From IMG/VR virus record IMGVR_UViG_3300005298_000015, positions 1-39,959 of that record: a stretch of 39,959 bases of DNA; one strand, written 5' to 3'. This DNA comes from a virus (taxonomy: Duplodnaviria; Caudoviricetes). Shown here piece by piece: positions 15,883 to 26,711 of the stretch (positions within the stretch are counted from its first letter, which is position 1; every line of letters begins with the position of its first letter). The notes under the pieces are model-generated. The model did no database searches and had not been told where the DNA came from. It saw only the letters and a program-made list of their open reading frames with translations. The translations under genes and the position numbers were made by a program.

Positions 15883-18800
15883 TCACTGTTCAACGAATTC
15901 TTTAAACTTTTTAAATTCAAACCATCTCTTTATTTCTCTCTTATAAGCATTTCTTATGTATTCATAAATTCTGGTTTTGTAATTGGGAGGTATAGCTGAG
16001 TAGTTAAGATCTTCTCGGATTTGAGGCAATACCTGAGCTCCGATTTTATAAGCTTGTCTCAAATCATCTGGATCTTCCCGCTGTAAAACGGGCAAAATAA
16101 AGTGTTTTATATAGCGGTTGCCCAATTGTTCAATAATTCTTCTTTGTAAATCCCTGTTAGCTATTGGGGCTTTAAAGAAAATTTCTTTTTGTCTTAAAAC
16201 CTCTCGGTAATCCCTGATCCACTCATTGAAGTATCGGTTTATATACGGCTCATTGTGTCTTTGCTCAAAAATTACGTCAGCAAAAGTTTCATTGGCTCTC
16301 ATTTTAAAACTCAAAGTGTTTAAAAATCGAGCTACTTTAAAGAAATCTTTGTATTTTTCTGAAGTAGGATAAGGATGCCTTAACCCTAAAAGCTGAACAA
16401 AGATTAAAGGAAAGAAAGAAGAAGCCACTCTGTTACCTATTTCGTTAAGATCAATTAATTCCCTTTTTTCCCTTCTGATCAAATCCCTAAAATCAGCAAA
16501 AAATCTTAAAATTGAGGATAATTTAGTCAACCAAAACCCTGAAAATTCTAATCCAGTTCCTGCTATTAACTGAGATATTTTTTGTTTAAAATCTAAAGTC
16601 GGATGTTCTAAAACATAAAGCAACCTATCAGCTAACTGAGCCAAGCCTATCAATTCAAGTGTTTCATATTCAGGTCCCAAAACATCAATCGTTATTAATC
16701 GCTTTTTACCTGTTTTGTCAGTGATAGGAAACCTAATAATGAACATTTCACGCCAATCTTTTAATAAAAACCTCAATAAATGATCTGGATTTGAAAAATC
16801 AATATGGTCTACCGGTGAATCACCGTAAATGGCATAATTCAAAGCATTGGCCACAAAAAACCTTAAACGCAATAAAGAAGGGTAAAAATGACTTACTAAC
16901 GGACTTGTTTGAGTAGCCCACGTTCTAAGGTTGTTGAAAAGACTAACATACCAGTCAGGAGCAAAAAGAAGCAAACGCCACATTTGTTGGGCTTTAGGAC
17001 TAAAGTATTTCCATCCATGCCATCCACCAAAAACATCATTAATGCTTTTAAAAGTATTGGCCAATTGTTCTTCCGTTATTACTCCTTTTTTGAATAATTT
17101 TATGGCTTCAGACGCTGTTCTGATTTTTAACCCACTATAAAAACCTACCCACAACATATTTTCGGGGACAAAAAAGCTGTGGCTTAAAGCCCTTTTCCAA
17201 GGCAAAGACTCTAATTTTTGAAGAGCTTCAGGTTTTAAATAAGGCTTTATACCTTCAATAGCGCCTTTTAAATGTAAAAGATATTCGCCAAACCTTTTAA
17301 AACCCTCTAAATAACCGCTGATAGGAATATCTACCACATCATAACCTTTATTTTTTAAAGCATTTGTTGTTCGATAAATTTCAATCAATTTTTGATGAAA
17401 ACTTAAATTATCTACCCCTGTGCTTACCACCCTAATTGCATCCCATAGAGAATTTAGGATTATCCGCATCTTGGTCCACCATGGCAAATTCAAAGCAGCA
17501 GTGCTCAAAGCCAATACATTTCCATGGAAAGTAACAGAAAACCACAAGAACAATCTTTTCATTAAACTGTTAATTGGAACCAAAGATAACCCTTCATATA
17601 TTGTTCGGTGCCTTCCTGTAATTACAGCAAAATAATCGCCTAAAGCCTCAGCAATTTCACGGTTAATTTTTGCGGTTTTCCCTAACCAATTCAGCGTTAT
17701 CAATTCTTTCTTTGTAGGATCTAAAAACTTAGAAAGATTGGGATCTTTTACAACATCATCAAGTTTATGATAAACATCATTTATAAAGCGGGGAATTATA
17801 TAACGATTAGCTATAGCGTGCGGTAAGGTTAACCCACCAGTGAAAGTAAATCGATCAAAAATACCCTCGACAATTTCTTCTGCTGTTTTACCTTGAGCTT
17901 TTGCTTCTATGATGTATTTGCCTAATCCCTTTTGAAAACTTTCAAATAAGGTTCTAAATTTTCTGGCTTTTAAGGACTGTAAGGGTTCGTACATATAAAC
18001 CCAATTGGGGGCTCGCTGGAAAACCCTTAAAATTTCGTCTTGCAACTCTTCTAACACAAGTGTTTTTTTGCTGTAAGGAGGTTTAAAAAAGTGTTTAATG
18101 CCTACACGAGGAATATAAGCGTCAAAAATTTCACGGAAAATCGGCATCTCTGTTGTTTCTTTGTATTTCCAAAAGTTTCGTCCTCCATACAACAAAAGGT
18201 CAACAAGTTTATCTTTGATAGGGGTTAAATCACCACGCTGAATTACTTCACGAGCCAAAAACCTTAATCGATTAAGATGAAATTTGTAGCCTTCAAACTT
18301 CTTAACCAAATTCTTTAATTGGCTTTCACCTATTTTTGAAGCTGTAATACCAAAATGAGCAAATAATTCCTCGGTTCTTCCACTAAACTGCGCTATTGCG
18401 TCATTAAACAAATATCCCAACACAGAATACTGAAGCGGGGGGCTTCCTTTAAGAACGCTTTCAATAAACCTTCGAGCTTTTTTGGCTTTTAAAGTTTTAA
18501 ATAAATTGTTCCAAAACCTGAACTCTTTTGATATTTCTTTGGGAAGCCTTACGGTTTTTTCAATTGGAGCAAAATCGCTAAAAAGTTTTTGGAATAAAGA
18601 AACAGCAGTAATTGATGTGCTTAAAGTTTTTATCTTCTCCTTTAAAAGCGGCCGAGCAGCTTCTGTTAATTCTGTCAAAACTCTTTCGGGAAAAACGTTC
18701 AAATTCTTTACTACAGGATTTTCATCTAAAAATTTGCGCAAATCTCTTATTAAGCTGTTAAGTGCTTCTTGGTAAGGAGCTAACTTCTCTGGGTCTTTAA

Positions 18801-20028
18801 CCTTAAGTCTTTTTAAGGTTGCGCTTATTTTTTGCAAGCTATTCTGGAGGAATGGAACATCAATTTTGGTTAAAGCTTCTTCAAGCTCGGCAAAGTGAGC
18901 TATATAAGGCTTTTTAGTAACATACCGCTCAAGATGTTGGGTTAAAATTATATGATTCAATTCCCTTTGCAAACGAAGCTTAGCATTTTCCCAAAAAGCT
19001 TTCCAGGTTTCCTCAACCACCTCGGGCATTTGTTGTTCTAATTTTTCCCAAAACAGACGCTTTGTAGCTTGATAAGGTGTTTGCGGCTGTTTAACTAATT
19101 CAAGAAAAGTCAATAGAAATGGGTTTTCGGGATAGTGATAAGCGGAAACTTTAAACATAAAATCCTCAGCGGCTTTATCACCTAAGAGTCGTTTAATAGG
19201 TTCGGCTAAGTTTTGGACAAACTCTCCCCATTCCCTCTGAACTGCTGCGTTTTCAAAAGCTTCATTTAATGGTCTTACAATTGAACGGGCTAAAATTTGC
19301 TCATTATAACTACTTAGCTTTCGTAAAACCGCAACAGCCTCTGGAGCTCTTTGATGAAAGAGCCTTAAAACCCGATCCTTTAAACTAATTACTTCTTCTT
19401 TAGGTTTTGCCTTTTGCAAGACCAGCTTATCTATTGCATCAGCAGCAAGAGGAACAGTTTTTAACCCGAACTGGAAGCCTTTTTTGACTACTCCTAAAAC
19501 ACCACGCATTCCAATCCCAAAAATACCAAACTCCTTAATCAATTCAGGAATATCCCGCTCTTCAACGCCAACAATTGGTCCAACAGTTTTTCGGGCTAAA
19601 CCAAGTACAGTTCCCAATTTAGCAGCCAACCAAGCTTCTTCAGCTACTGCTCCTACGACTGGACCTATGTATCTTGTTTTTGTAACGGCCTGTGCTATGC
19701 TATTCGCCAATCTGATGTATCTATATATTCGAAGTGGAAGCGTTGCAGCTCGAACCCAACCTATACCAGGTATACCCATAGCTAAAGCAGTGAAAAACAA
19801 ATCAAAACCTATTTCTTTTGCTAAATGTTTAAAATCTATTTCATCTTTTGTTTTAAGCTTAATCTGTGAAGGTTCAGGTATTAACTGATCAATTTCAACT
19901 TTTTGAGGCCGAAAAAGATAAGGAAAAGCTTCCTTAAATTCACGGGGAACTTCTTCTAAAGTCTCCCTTTCCAATGTAGGCTGAAAAAGCTCAGGAAAAC
20001 TTTGCTTGAATTGTGTTACCTTTTCCAT
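15883..20028 (-). CDS. large internal virion/DNA ejection protein (1381 aa)
   Basis: Largest ORF, mostly helical, last of a block following the tail genes as in podoviruses; function from position only. Confidence 0.6.
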   Translation of the reverse strand: MEKVTQFKQSFPELFQPTLERETLEEVPREFKEAFPYLFRPQKVEIDQLIPEPSQIKLKTKDEIDFKHLAKEIGFDLFFTALAMGIPGIGWVRAATLPLRIYRYIRLANSIAQAVTKTRYIGPVVGAVAEEAWLAAKLGTVLGLARKTVGPIVGVEERDIPELIKEFGIFGIGMRGVLGVVKKGFQFGLKTVPLAADAIDKLVLQKAKPKEEVISLKDRVLRLFHQRAPEAVAVLRKLSSYNEQILARSIVRPLNEAFENAAVQREWGEFVQNLAEPIKRLLGDKAAEDFMFKVSAYHYPENPFLLTFLELVKQPQTPYQATKRLFWEKLEQQMPEVVEETWKAFWENAKLRLQRELNHIILTQHLERYVTKKPYIAHFAELEEALTKIDVPFLQNSLQKISATLKRLKVKDPEKLAPYQEALNSLIRDLRKFLDENPVVKNLNVFPERVLTELTEAARPLLKEKIKTLSTSITAVSLFQKLFSDFAPIEKTVRLPKEISKEFRFWNNLFKTLKAKKARRFIESVLKGSPPLQYSVLGYLFNDAIAQFSGRTEELFAHFGITASKIGESQLKNLVKKFEGYKFHLNRLRFLAREVIQRGDLTPIKDKLVDLLLYGGRNFWKYKETTEMPIFREIFDAYIPRVGIKHFFKPPYSKKTLVLEELQDEILRVFQRAPNWVYMYEPLQSLKARKFRTLFESFQKGLGKYIIEAKAQGKTAEEIVEGIFDRFTFTGGLTLPHAIANRYIIPRFINDVYHKLDDVVKDPNLSKFLDPTKKELITLNWLGKTAKINREIAEALGDYFAVITGRHRTIYEGLSLVPINSLMKRLFLWFSVTFHGNVLALSTAALNLPWWTKMRIILNSLWDAIRVVSTGVDNLSFHQKLIEIYRTTNALKNKGYDVVDIPISGYLEGFKRFGEYLLHLKGAIEGIKPYLKPEALQKLESLPWKRALSHSFFVPENMLWVGFYSGLKIRTASEAIKLFKKGVITEEQLANTFKSINDVFGGWHGWKYFSPKAQQMWRLLLFAPDWYVSLFNNLRTWATQTSPLVSHFYPSLLRLRFFVANALNYAIYGDSPVDHIDFSNPDHLLRFLLKDWREMFIIRFPITDKTGKKRLITIDVLGPEYETLELIGLAQLADRLLYVLEHPTLDFKQKISQLIAGTGLEFSGFWLTKLSSILRFFADFRDLIRREKRELIDLNEIGNRVASSFFPLIFVQLLGLRHPYPTSEKYKDFFKVARFLNTLSFKMRANETFADVIFEQRHNEPYINRYFNEWIRDYREVLRQKEIFFKAPIANRDLQRRIIEQLGNRYIKHFILPVLQREDPDDLRQAYKIGAQVLPQIREDLNYSAIPPNYKTRIYEYIRNAYKREIKRWFEFKKFKEFVEQ

Positions 20029-21305
20029 ATCCCGAGTCTTTCCAATAATGGTGTTAAGCTTATTCCTGTTTCTCTCTTTTTGAGTACAGAAGGTATAGTT
20101 TCTGATGTAGAGCGCAAACTTTCTTCAAATCTTATAAGCATGTCAATTCCTTCGTTCATGGCATATTGCCCTTTTAAAATACTTATTAAGTAATCCTTAA
20201 AAACTTTGCCTAATCCAGGTTTTGATTCGTCTAACTCTCTTGCTTCTGTGGCTATCATCTTTTGGGCTTCTATTACTGCTTTTTCTAAATCTTTTCCTTT
20301 GTAATTCGCTAAAAAGTCATTAATTCTTTGGGCAAACTTTTCAGCATGACCCATCATTCTTGTTCGATCAGTAGCAGTTATTTTCTCTTTTTCTTCTTGC
20401 TTTTCCTTGGAAAGCTCAAGCCTTTGAAGCATTAAGTAATTTCTGAACTGTCTGTCTGCTTCTCTTCTTTCTTCTGCTAATTGTCTTAATTGCAGCATCA
20501 TATCACGATATTCGCTTATGTCAATTACTTTGTAAGCATCCATAAGCCTTTTGGGTAAGTTAACTAACTCTTCAAGGTATTTTTTGAATAACTCGTTGTC
20601 TAATTTCAAGAAAGACTCATACTCAGACTTTAAAAACTCAAGTTGGGTCCTTAACGGTTCTATTTTCGTTTCTCTTTCAAGATCCAACATCTTTTTTTCA
20701 GCTTCTAATAAAGTAGACAAATGTTCAATTTTAAGCTTGCCTAACTGCAAAGCAGCATTAAACCTATTCATTGCCATTTCAAAATTAGCGAGATCTTCAT
20801 TTCTCCAATACTCAAGAACTTTAGGAATGGCCAAGAAATAATATAAAGAATGCCCTGGATGGAAAAATGAAGCTATTCCCATTAAAGCTAAGGCTAACTG
20901 CCGAGCCCACTGCGTTTTTTCGTCAGGTGTCAATTTAGGTGCTTTTTGTAAAAGCTCAGAATAAGCATCTGTTATTTTTGCAAGATACTCAGATATGGTT
21001 TTTTTGTAATTTTCAGCCCAATCCTGAGCAACCGATTGAATTTTGTTTAAGGTATCAAGAATTTTTTCAAGGGCTTTTTCTCTTTTGGGAGCAATTTCTA
21101 ATATTTTTTCTTCAAATATTTTAGGAGATTCAACAGCTGTCTTTACTAAATAAGCTTGAAAAACCTTTGGTTGATCCATCATCTTTAACAAATCTTCAGT
21201 TTTTGACTCTAATTCCACGTATTTAGGTGCTAAATCAAAGCTCATTTTTAAAGCTTCAGTAGGAGATGTAAGTTTAAATTCTTTGGCTAATTCACTTAAA
21301 GGCAT
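20016..21305 (-). CDS. putative internal virion/ejection protein
   Basis: 429 aa, coiled-coil-like with one hydrophobic segment; synteny. Confidence 0.55.
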   Translation of the reverse strand: MPLSELAKEFKLTSPTEALKMSFDLAPKYVELESKTEDLLKMMDQPKVFQAYLVKTAVESPKIFEEKILEIAPKREKALEKILDTLNKIQSVAQDWAENYKKTISEYLAKITDAYSELLQKAPKLTPDEKTQWARQLALALMGIASFFHPGHSLYYFLAIPKVLEYWRNEDLANFEMAMNRFNAALQLGKLKIEHLSTLLEAEKKMLDLERETKIEPLRTQLEFLKSEYESFLKLDNELFKKYLEELVNLPKRLMDAYKVIDISEYRDMMLQLRQLAEERREADRQFRNYLMLQRLELSKEKQEEKEKITATDRTRMMGHAEKFAQRINDFLANYKGKDLEKAVIEAQKMIATEARELDESKPGLGKVFKDYLISILKGQYAMNEGIDMLIRFEESLRSTSETIPSVLKKRETGISLTPLLERLGIWKR

Positions 21306-21315
21306 TTTTGCCTCC

Positions 21316-22005
21316 TTATTTAGTTAGCCTAAAACCTAAATCTTCAAAAGATAATTCGGTTAAAGGTGAAGCAAAGGTTCCAGTTTGGGTAACAGGTGTT
21401 TGTTGAAAGATTCCAGATAACCCGCCCAATCCAGTTGTCAAACTTTGTATTCCTGATTGCAAACCTAAAGTTTGTCCTAAGTAAGCAGAGGCGCCTAACT
21501 GAGCAGCAAGTGCTTGAGCCTGTGCCGCTTGTGTATAAGCGCTTAATTCAGAAAGGATTGCATTTATGTCTTCTCCAGCTAAACCGCTAAGACTCAAAGC
21601 ATCTTGGAGCTGTTGATTTAAAAGAGCGTAGTAGTTCTGCTGATACCACTTGTCCAGTTCATTCAAAACTTGTTGTTCAATAGAAGATCCAGTTAACCCC
21701 CTTGCGGCTAATATAGCTTGGGCTTGGGCTCGTTTTTGAGCGTAAGCTAAATCCAGCTGGGTTTTATATCTTGGATCTAAAATTCCTTGCCTAAACCGAT
21801 CTAAAGCTTCTAAAACCGTTTGTCTCGCTGTTTCGCTTATGGGAGTTATACTTTCTATCCTCGTTCTAAGCCTACTAAACACTTCTTGAGGTATTTCAAT
21901 CTTAGGAATTTTAGGGGTTTGAAAAGCCCTAATGATAGAAGCTACCCCAGATAAAGCCCCTATAATACTGCTAACAATACCTACGATACTACCAATGGCT
22001 CCCAT
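21316..22005 (-). CDS. putative DNA pilot/ejection protein
   Basis: Gly/Ala/Ser-rich hydrophobic N-terminus and Gln/Ala/Gly-rich helices. Confidence 0.6.
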   Translation of the reverse strand: MGAIGSIVGIVSSIIGALSGVASIIRAFQTPKIPKIEIPQEVFSRLRTRIESITPISETARQTVLEALDRFRQGILDPRYKTQLDLAYAQKRAQAQAILAARGLTGSSIEQQVLNELDKWYQQNYYALLNQQLQDALSLSGLAGEDINAILSELSAYTQAAQAQALAAQLGASAYLGQTLGLQSGIQSLTTGLGGLSGIFQQTPVTQTGTFASPLTELSFEDLGFRLTK

Positions 22006-22298
22006 ACTTTCACCTCCCTTAACTTACCTTTTGGATCAACCCATTTTACCACCCTTATTTTTTCATTAAAAAATCTCTGACGCAACTTTTTAAATACTGA
22101 CGGTTTGGGTTTCCCCCAACACTTTAAAAAACAAACGGTATCAAATTCGTGTCTGTGTATTTTTTCTAAAAAATCCTCAACGGTCATAATTTCTTCCTCG
22201 TTCTCTGGTAAATAAGCCCATATAATCATCACATCCTCATCCGCATAAAACCATCCTAAAGTAATACATCCTCTTATAAGTTCATCTAAAATCCCCAT
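21981..22298 (-). CDS. hypothetical protein
   Basis: 105-aa ORF overlapping both neighbours in the operon. Confidence 0.65.
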   Translation of the reverse strand: MGILDELIRGCITLGWFYADEDVMIIWAYLPENEEEIMTVEDFLEKIHRHEFDTVCFLKCWGKPKPSVFKKLRQRFFNEKIRVVKWVDPKGKLREVKVWEPLVVS

Positions 22299-22891
22299 AC
22301 TGTCTTATATAAATCCTCCGCTGATATTTCGGTTATTCCCAATTCTTGCAAGTATTTGGCCGTTGTTTCTAATAAACTGGCATACTGCTGTTTGGCTTCA
22401 CTTAAAGCTCGTCTTATATCCCCGCCTGCTTCCCCATAATCTTTACCCCAAAAATAACCATATTTTTGGGCTAACCCTCCAACTATAGCAGTTTCAGGTG
22501 AAGTAAAAGCTTGAGCAAACTCAGAAAGGGAACGGACATATTCGGGAGTTAATTGTTCCATAATTTTCTTCGTTTCTCTTTCCACTACTTCCCCTTTTCT
22601 TTTTTCAAAAAACCTACTTATATCTGTAGGTAATGTACCAGGAACTGTTTGAGCTAAACTAAGAGCCCTTTGCCCTGCTTCTGTCCATGTTGGGGTTATA
22701 GCAGTAGTGATTTGCTCCTTTGTTTCAGCTTCTTTTTTAGGTAAAGCTATTCCTAAAAGCCTACTAATTAATTCCTCTCTTTTAACAGCAGGCGTTTTTT
22801 GGGCAAGCGATCGGTAATAGTTAATAAATTCTTGAATGTTTCTTGCTCGTCTTTTAGCTTTTTTCTTTTTCTTGCTTGAAAAAAGCCCCAT
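22286..22891 (-). CDS. putative virion protein
   Basis: 201 aa, MGLFSSKKKK N-terminus, located in the structural operon. Confidence 0.65.
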   Translation of the reverse strand: MGLFSSKKKKKAKRRARNIQEFINYYRSLAQKTPAVKREELISRLLGIALPKKEAETKEQITTAITPTWTEAGQRALSLAQTVPGTLPTDISRFFEKRKGEVVERETKKIMEQLTPEYVRSLSEFAQAFTSPETAIVGGLAQKYGYFWGKDYGEAGGDIRRALSEAKQQYASLLETTAKYLQELGITEISAEDLYKTVWGF

Positions 22892-23268
22892 TATTCACCC
22901 CCTAATAAAATAATATACTGCTCAATATCTCTATGCATCAAGTATTCTTTGTAAATCAAATCAAATTCGTCGTGAGCAAATAAAATTTTAGGAACCACTA
23001 TAATAGGAGGCTCTAAAGATAATCCCAGATCTTGCATAAACTGCATCAAAGTCAAATGGATTCTGTAATTTTTCAACATAACATCACGCCAATCATCTGT
23101 TTTGGCAATTTGCGCTAAAGTGGGTATTTGAAATAAAGGATCAATCCCTTTAAAACTACGATATAAATCAGACAAAGTGTCAACAAACATCAAATGATCC
23201 CGATCAGTATCATATAACCAATCTAAAAATTCTTTGTAATAATCTTTATTCGGTTTAACTTTAATCAT
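22891..23268 (-). CDS. hypothetical protein
   Basis: 125-aa ORF with stop/start overlap to the next gene. Confidence 0.7.
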   Translation of the reverse strand: MIKVKPNKDYYKEFLDWLYDTDRDHLMFVDTLSDLYRSFKGIDPLFQIPTLAQIAKTDDWRDVMLKNYRIHLTLMQFMQDLGLSLEPPIIVVPKILFAHDEFDLIYKEYLMHRDIEQYIILLGGE

Positions 23269-23272
23269 CTCG

Positions 23273-24688
23273 TTACCCTACATAATAAAACCAATTTATT
23301 GGTCCTAAGAGATGTATCCTCATGTAAATTTTGCTTACAAAAGCAAAGTCTAAATAATTGTCTGGTGTATAAATCGAGAAGCCAATTTTATACCCTTTCC
23401 GCCCTATATGACTTCTAAATTCCAAATAATCTGGACCTATTTGAGCGTAAAATTCAGACTGCTTCAATCCATAAATGTCGTACAAAAAGTCCACCAACAG
23501 ATGGCCTTTTCCGTTAAGCTTCAAGTCTTTTATAAACTTAAAACGAGGTTGGTTTAAATCGTGCAAGACAGAAGTATATTTAAAAGGATAATATTCTTCT
23601 TTAGAAAAAAGAATTTGAATGTAATCGTCAGGTGGAAAAGAAAAGCTCGTATTGTAGCTATTGTAAACGCCGTTTATGATTTTAAAAGGGAAATAAAAAA
23701 AATGATTGTATTCTACGCTATAACCCACACTTATGTTTCCTTCTATGCCTGGTATGGTTATTATTTTTTGTCCTTGATAATTTACAACACCTGCTTTCCT
23801 AAAGTCTAAGTATCCTATTTGATCGGCAATTGGCCAATCAAACCTTTCTAACCGCAAGCCTTTAATCCAAAACATTCCTAAATTGCTTAACACTGCTAAT
23901 TCATCAAAAACTATAATAGGTTTGCTTTTTTTAAAGTTCATTCTTATGCCAGTATCAAGGATGTAAAAAGTAGAAGGGGCATTCGAAGCTAAAGACACAG
24001 TTAGCACAAACAGTCCGCCGTCCGTAAAAATGTAAAGCATGTCTTCATAAGGAACTAAGTATAAAATCTCGGAAACTTGGGGATGCTGTAAAACCAAATA
24101 ACCACCGCCGTTTTCACTCGCAAAAGGATCGTCTTCAAAAGAAGGATCAGTTATAGAAGCTCCTGAAAAACGCAAAATTTTCCCATCACCAATAAAAAGC
24201 CGTCCCTTAAAAAATCCCAAAACACTTCCATTTTGGTTATATTGCTTGATTGTGTTAGTTGGCCAAAAGAATATATGCAACGGGTTTTCAGAACCGGTAG
24301 TCAAGCAAGCAAAAGCAATATCATTAAGAATAAGCGCTGTTTTAGGTTCAACCTCAGAAAAAATGTAATAATAAATAACTCTTAACTCTTTCAAATCAAA
24401 CAAATAAACATAAGAACCTTTTATTCCAACAATTACATCAACAGGCACGTTAGAAGTGTAAAAATCAAAAACCAATTGGTTAGTTGTAGTTTCTCGTGGA
24501 ATGTTTGTCCATCCGTATTTAAGATCAGGTAATCCAAAAATTTCCTGAGCATGGGTAGGTTCTCTTCTGGTATTGTCTAAATTGGTAGCTAAACCCATCA
24601 AAGGAGCTTCAATCTGAACTAAGTCGCCTAATCCTTCATATTTTTTATTCACTTGATATTGCGTAACCGTTCCTTTCTTAGGCATCAA
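23273..24688 (-). CDS. tail nozzle/hub protein (tail tubular B / P22 gp10-like)
   Basis: 471 aa, beta-rich, FFKGRLFIG...LRFS pattern; follows the adaptor gene. Confidence 0.6.
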   Translation of the reverse strand: MMPKKGTVTQYQVNKKYEGLGDLVQIEAPLMGLATNLDNTRREPTHAQEIFGLPDLKYGWTNIPRETTTNQLVFDFYTSNVPVDVIVGIKGSYVYLFDLKELRVIYYYIFSEVEPKTALILNDIAFACLTTGSENPLHIFFWPTNTIKQYNQNGSVLGFFKGRLFIGDGKILRFSGASITDPSFEDDPFASENGGGYLVLQHPQVSEILYLVPYEDMLYIFTDGGLFVLTVSLASNAPSTFYILDTGIRMNFKKSKPIIVFDELAVLSNLGMFWIKGLRLERFDWPIADQIGYLDFRKAGVVNYQGQKIITIPGIEGNISVGYSVEYNHFFYFPFKIINGVYNSYNTSFSFPPDDYIQILFSKEEYYPFKYTSVLHDLNQPRFKFIKDLKLNGKGHLLVDFLYDIYGLKQSEFYAQIGPDYLEFRSHIGRKGYKIGFSIYTPDNYLDFAFVSKIYMRIHLLGPINWFYYVG

Positions 24689-25254
24689 AAAGCTCCTTTA
24701 GCAGTATAAGACATACACAAAAGTTTATATTCGTTTTCAAAATACGCCTTCAAAGCGTACTGCAGATCGTTCTCGGCTAATCTTACACAAATTTGGAGAG
24801 CCACTAATTCTAAAACAGTCTCAGGTAAATAAGTTTCCACATCTTCTAATGTAGTTAGTTCAGGTAAAGAAGGGACATAAACAACCCTTAATTTTTCCTC
24901 ATCAATAGTATATTGCTGCGGTAATAAATAAACTCTGTTAGGGGATTTTAAAACATAGGCTAAAGGTTTGGAATTGAGTTTAAAAGGTTCAAATAAACTC
25001 GGTTTGCGAACCAAAAGATATTGATACACATCACCTATTAAATAAACCCGCCTTACGGCCACAAAATTATTGGAAAGCTGAACATAAGCGGGTTTATTGC
25101 TTAAATCAAAATCCTCTTGGATTGTAAGGTCTAAGTCTAAAGCTACTTTGTTTCGGCTGAAGTTAAGCGTCCGATAAATAAAAGGAGCCTCATCCCAAGC
25201 AACAGGATACCTATCAAAGGCCCTTTGAAGATAATTGGCCGCAGTTACAGGCAC
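24685..25254 (-). CDS. head-tail adaptor
   Basis: 189 aa; KP.AY....RVYL.P...LRVVY..LP pattern, downstream of the capsid gene. Confidence 0.6.
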   Translation of the reverse strand: MPVTAANYLQRAFDRYPVAWDEAPFIYRTLNFSRNKVALDLDLTIQEDFDLSNKPAYVQLSNNFVAVRRVYLIGDVYQYLLVRKPSLFEPFKLNSKPLAYVLKSPNRVYLLPQQYTIDEEKLRVVYVPSLPELTTLEDVETYLPETVLELVALQICVRLAENDLQYALKAYFENEYKLLCMSYTAKGAF

Positions 25255-25256
25255 AT

Positions 25257-25532
25257 TTATTCACTCCTTCTCCTACTTTTAATTTTGCCTTCTGCAATAA
25301 GACTTTGATGTATTTTTAAGAAATCTTCATAACTTATATTGTTGCCTAAACTTAGTAAACGGTTGTAGCATTCTTTTAACTGCGCTTCGGTTGTTAAAGT
25401 AAAACCAAAAAACAGCTCTGCTATCCAGTCTGGTACTGTGTATTCAGAGTCGGGTGGTATTTCTATCCATTCTTTTTCCCACTTCATTTTCACTTTGATA
25501 TAGGAATTAGTGTGGTTGTAAAGAACTGCCAT
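25257..25532 (-). CDS. hypothetical protein
   Basis: 91-aa ORF with AGGAGGT RBS. Confidence 0.7.
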   Translation of the reverse strand: MAVLYNHTNSYIKVKMKWEKEWIEIPPDSEYTVPDWIAELFFGFTLTTEAQLKECYNRLLSLGNNISYEDFLKIHQSLIAEGKIKSRRRSE

Positions 25533-25553
25533 CTCAACCTCCTTTAGTTATTC

Positions 25554-25586
25554 AAAAAGGGCCCAGGGAATAACCCCCCAGGCCCC
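25554..25586 (-). terminator. intrinsic terminator after the capsid gene
   Basis: Minus strand GGGCCTGGG...CCCTGGGCCC followed by TTTTT. Confidence 0.8.
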
Positions 25587-25596
25587 TGCATTAACA

Positions 25597-26688
25597 TTAA
25601 GCTATAGAAGGAACTCCCGTAATTATAAAGTGCGCTCTTGGCCTGTCAGTATAAAGCTGACCAGTGATTAGTGCTAACGAACTCCACGCAAGTTTCCCAG
25701 CAACCTGTTTGTTCACCCACTCAGTAATGTAGTACTCAATAGGTGAAGCTCCAGTAAAGAAAATGTGATCCAAGTTGATAAAATAAATGTCACCGTAATA
25801 GTTTGTATCTACTTGATAATTTGACAAGTAAGGATCAGGGAATATAGCTATTCCGCCTATGTCTATACCACGTACATTGTATTCCCTTACTTCAGCTATA
25901 CTTCTGATATCACCCACAATGTACCTTTCAATAGATACAAAGCTTTCAGCTATTTTGTTAAAAGTCATAGTATCTGTAAAAGCAATAGTGGGCATTCCAT
26001 AAATGTTTCCATAGTCATTCCAGTACTTATTGATACCCCTGTTAATGACCGCATAAATCGGTAATCCAGTCTCACCGCCGGTCAATGTGGAATAACTAAA
26101 CACAGGAGAGTTCCACCACGGATAAGTAGAGCGGCTAAGACCACCAAACACAGATTGATTGGTCCCATTGTCTATTACGTCTTTAATTCCGTAAAACTTC
26201 TGGTCATCAGTCCCACGACTACCCATCAAATCGGTCTGCAAACCTAAAAACAGCTGTCGAACTGCTTCTTCTATTTTTAACTGAACGGTGTCGATAATGT
26301 TAAGCGGACTTTCCATAACCAAACCTTCAAAGAACTGGACTTCAAAGGTCTGATACAATCCTGAAGGGGTGAATTTAGCATATTGTACGTCAACATAGTA
26401 ACTTTGTTCAGTAAATTGACCAGTCGTAAAGTCTATGTATCGAGGTTGCATATTTGCTTGGTTAGTAGCATCAGGACCTCCATACACAGGGAAAATAACA
26501 AAATCATGCTGGAATGGTTGACTATCTTGTTTCTCCAAAATCAACTTTAAAAGCGCAGATACTTTAGGCAAATTCTGCGCTAAAGCATAAATCAAAATAT
26601 TTCGCCTCGTAACATTAAGCCACCTGGTTAGGGTGGCTGAATCCCTAAAACCTCCACCAATATCAGTTACATATGGCGTAATGGGCAT
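25597..26688 (-). CDS. major capsid protein (HK97-like fold)
   Basis: 363 aa, strong RBS, follows scaffold, followed by terminator; G.G....FYGI..VID, GGLSRS.YPWW, GIAIFPDPY, IYFIN motifs. Confidence 0.82.
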   Translation of the reverse strand: MPITPYVTDIGGGFRDSATLTRWLNVTRRNILIYALAQNLPKVSALLKLILEKQDSQPFQHDFVIFPVYGGPDATNQANMQPRYIDFTTGQFTEQSYYVDVQYAKFTPSGLYQTFEVQFFEGLVMESPLNIIDTVQLKIEEAVRQLFLGLQTDLMGSRGTDDQKFYGIKDVIDNGTNQSVFGGLSRSTYPWWNSPVFSYSTLTGGETGLPIYAVINRGINKYWNDYGNIYGMPTIAFTDTMTFNKIAESFVSIERYIVGDIRSIAEVREYNVRGIDIGGIAIFPDPYLSNYQVDTNYYGDIYFINLDHIFFTGASPIEYYITEWVNKQVAGKLAWSSLALITGQLYTDRPRAHFIITGVPSIA

Positions 26689-26711
26689 AGCTTACACCTC
26701 CTTTAATAAAT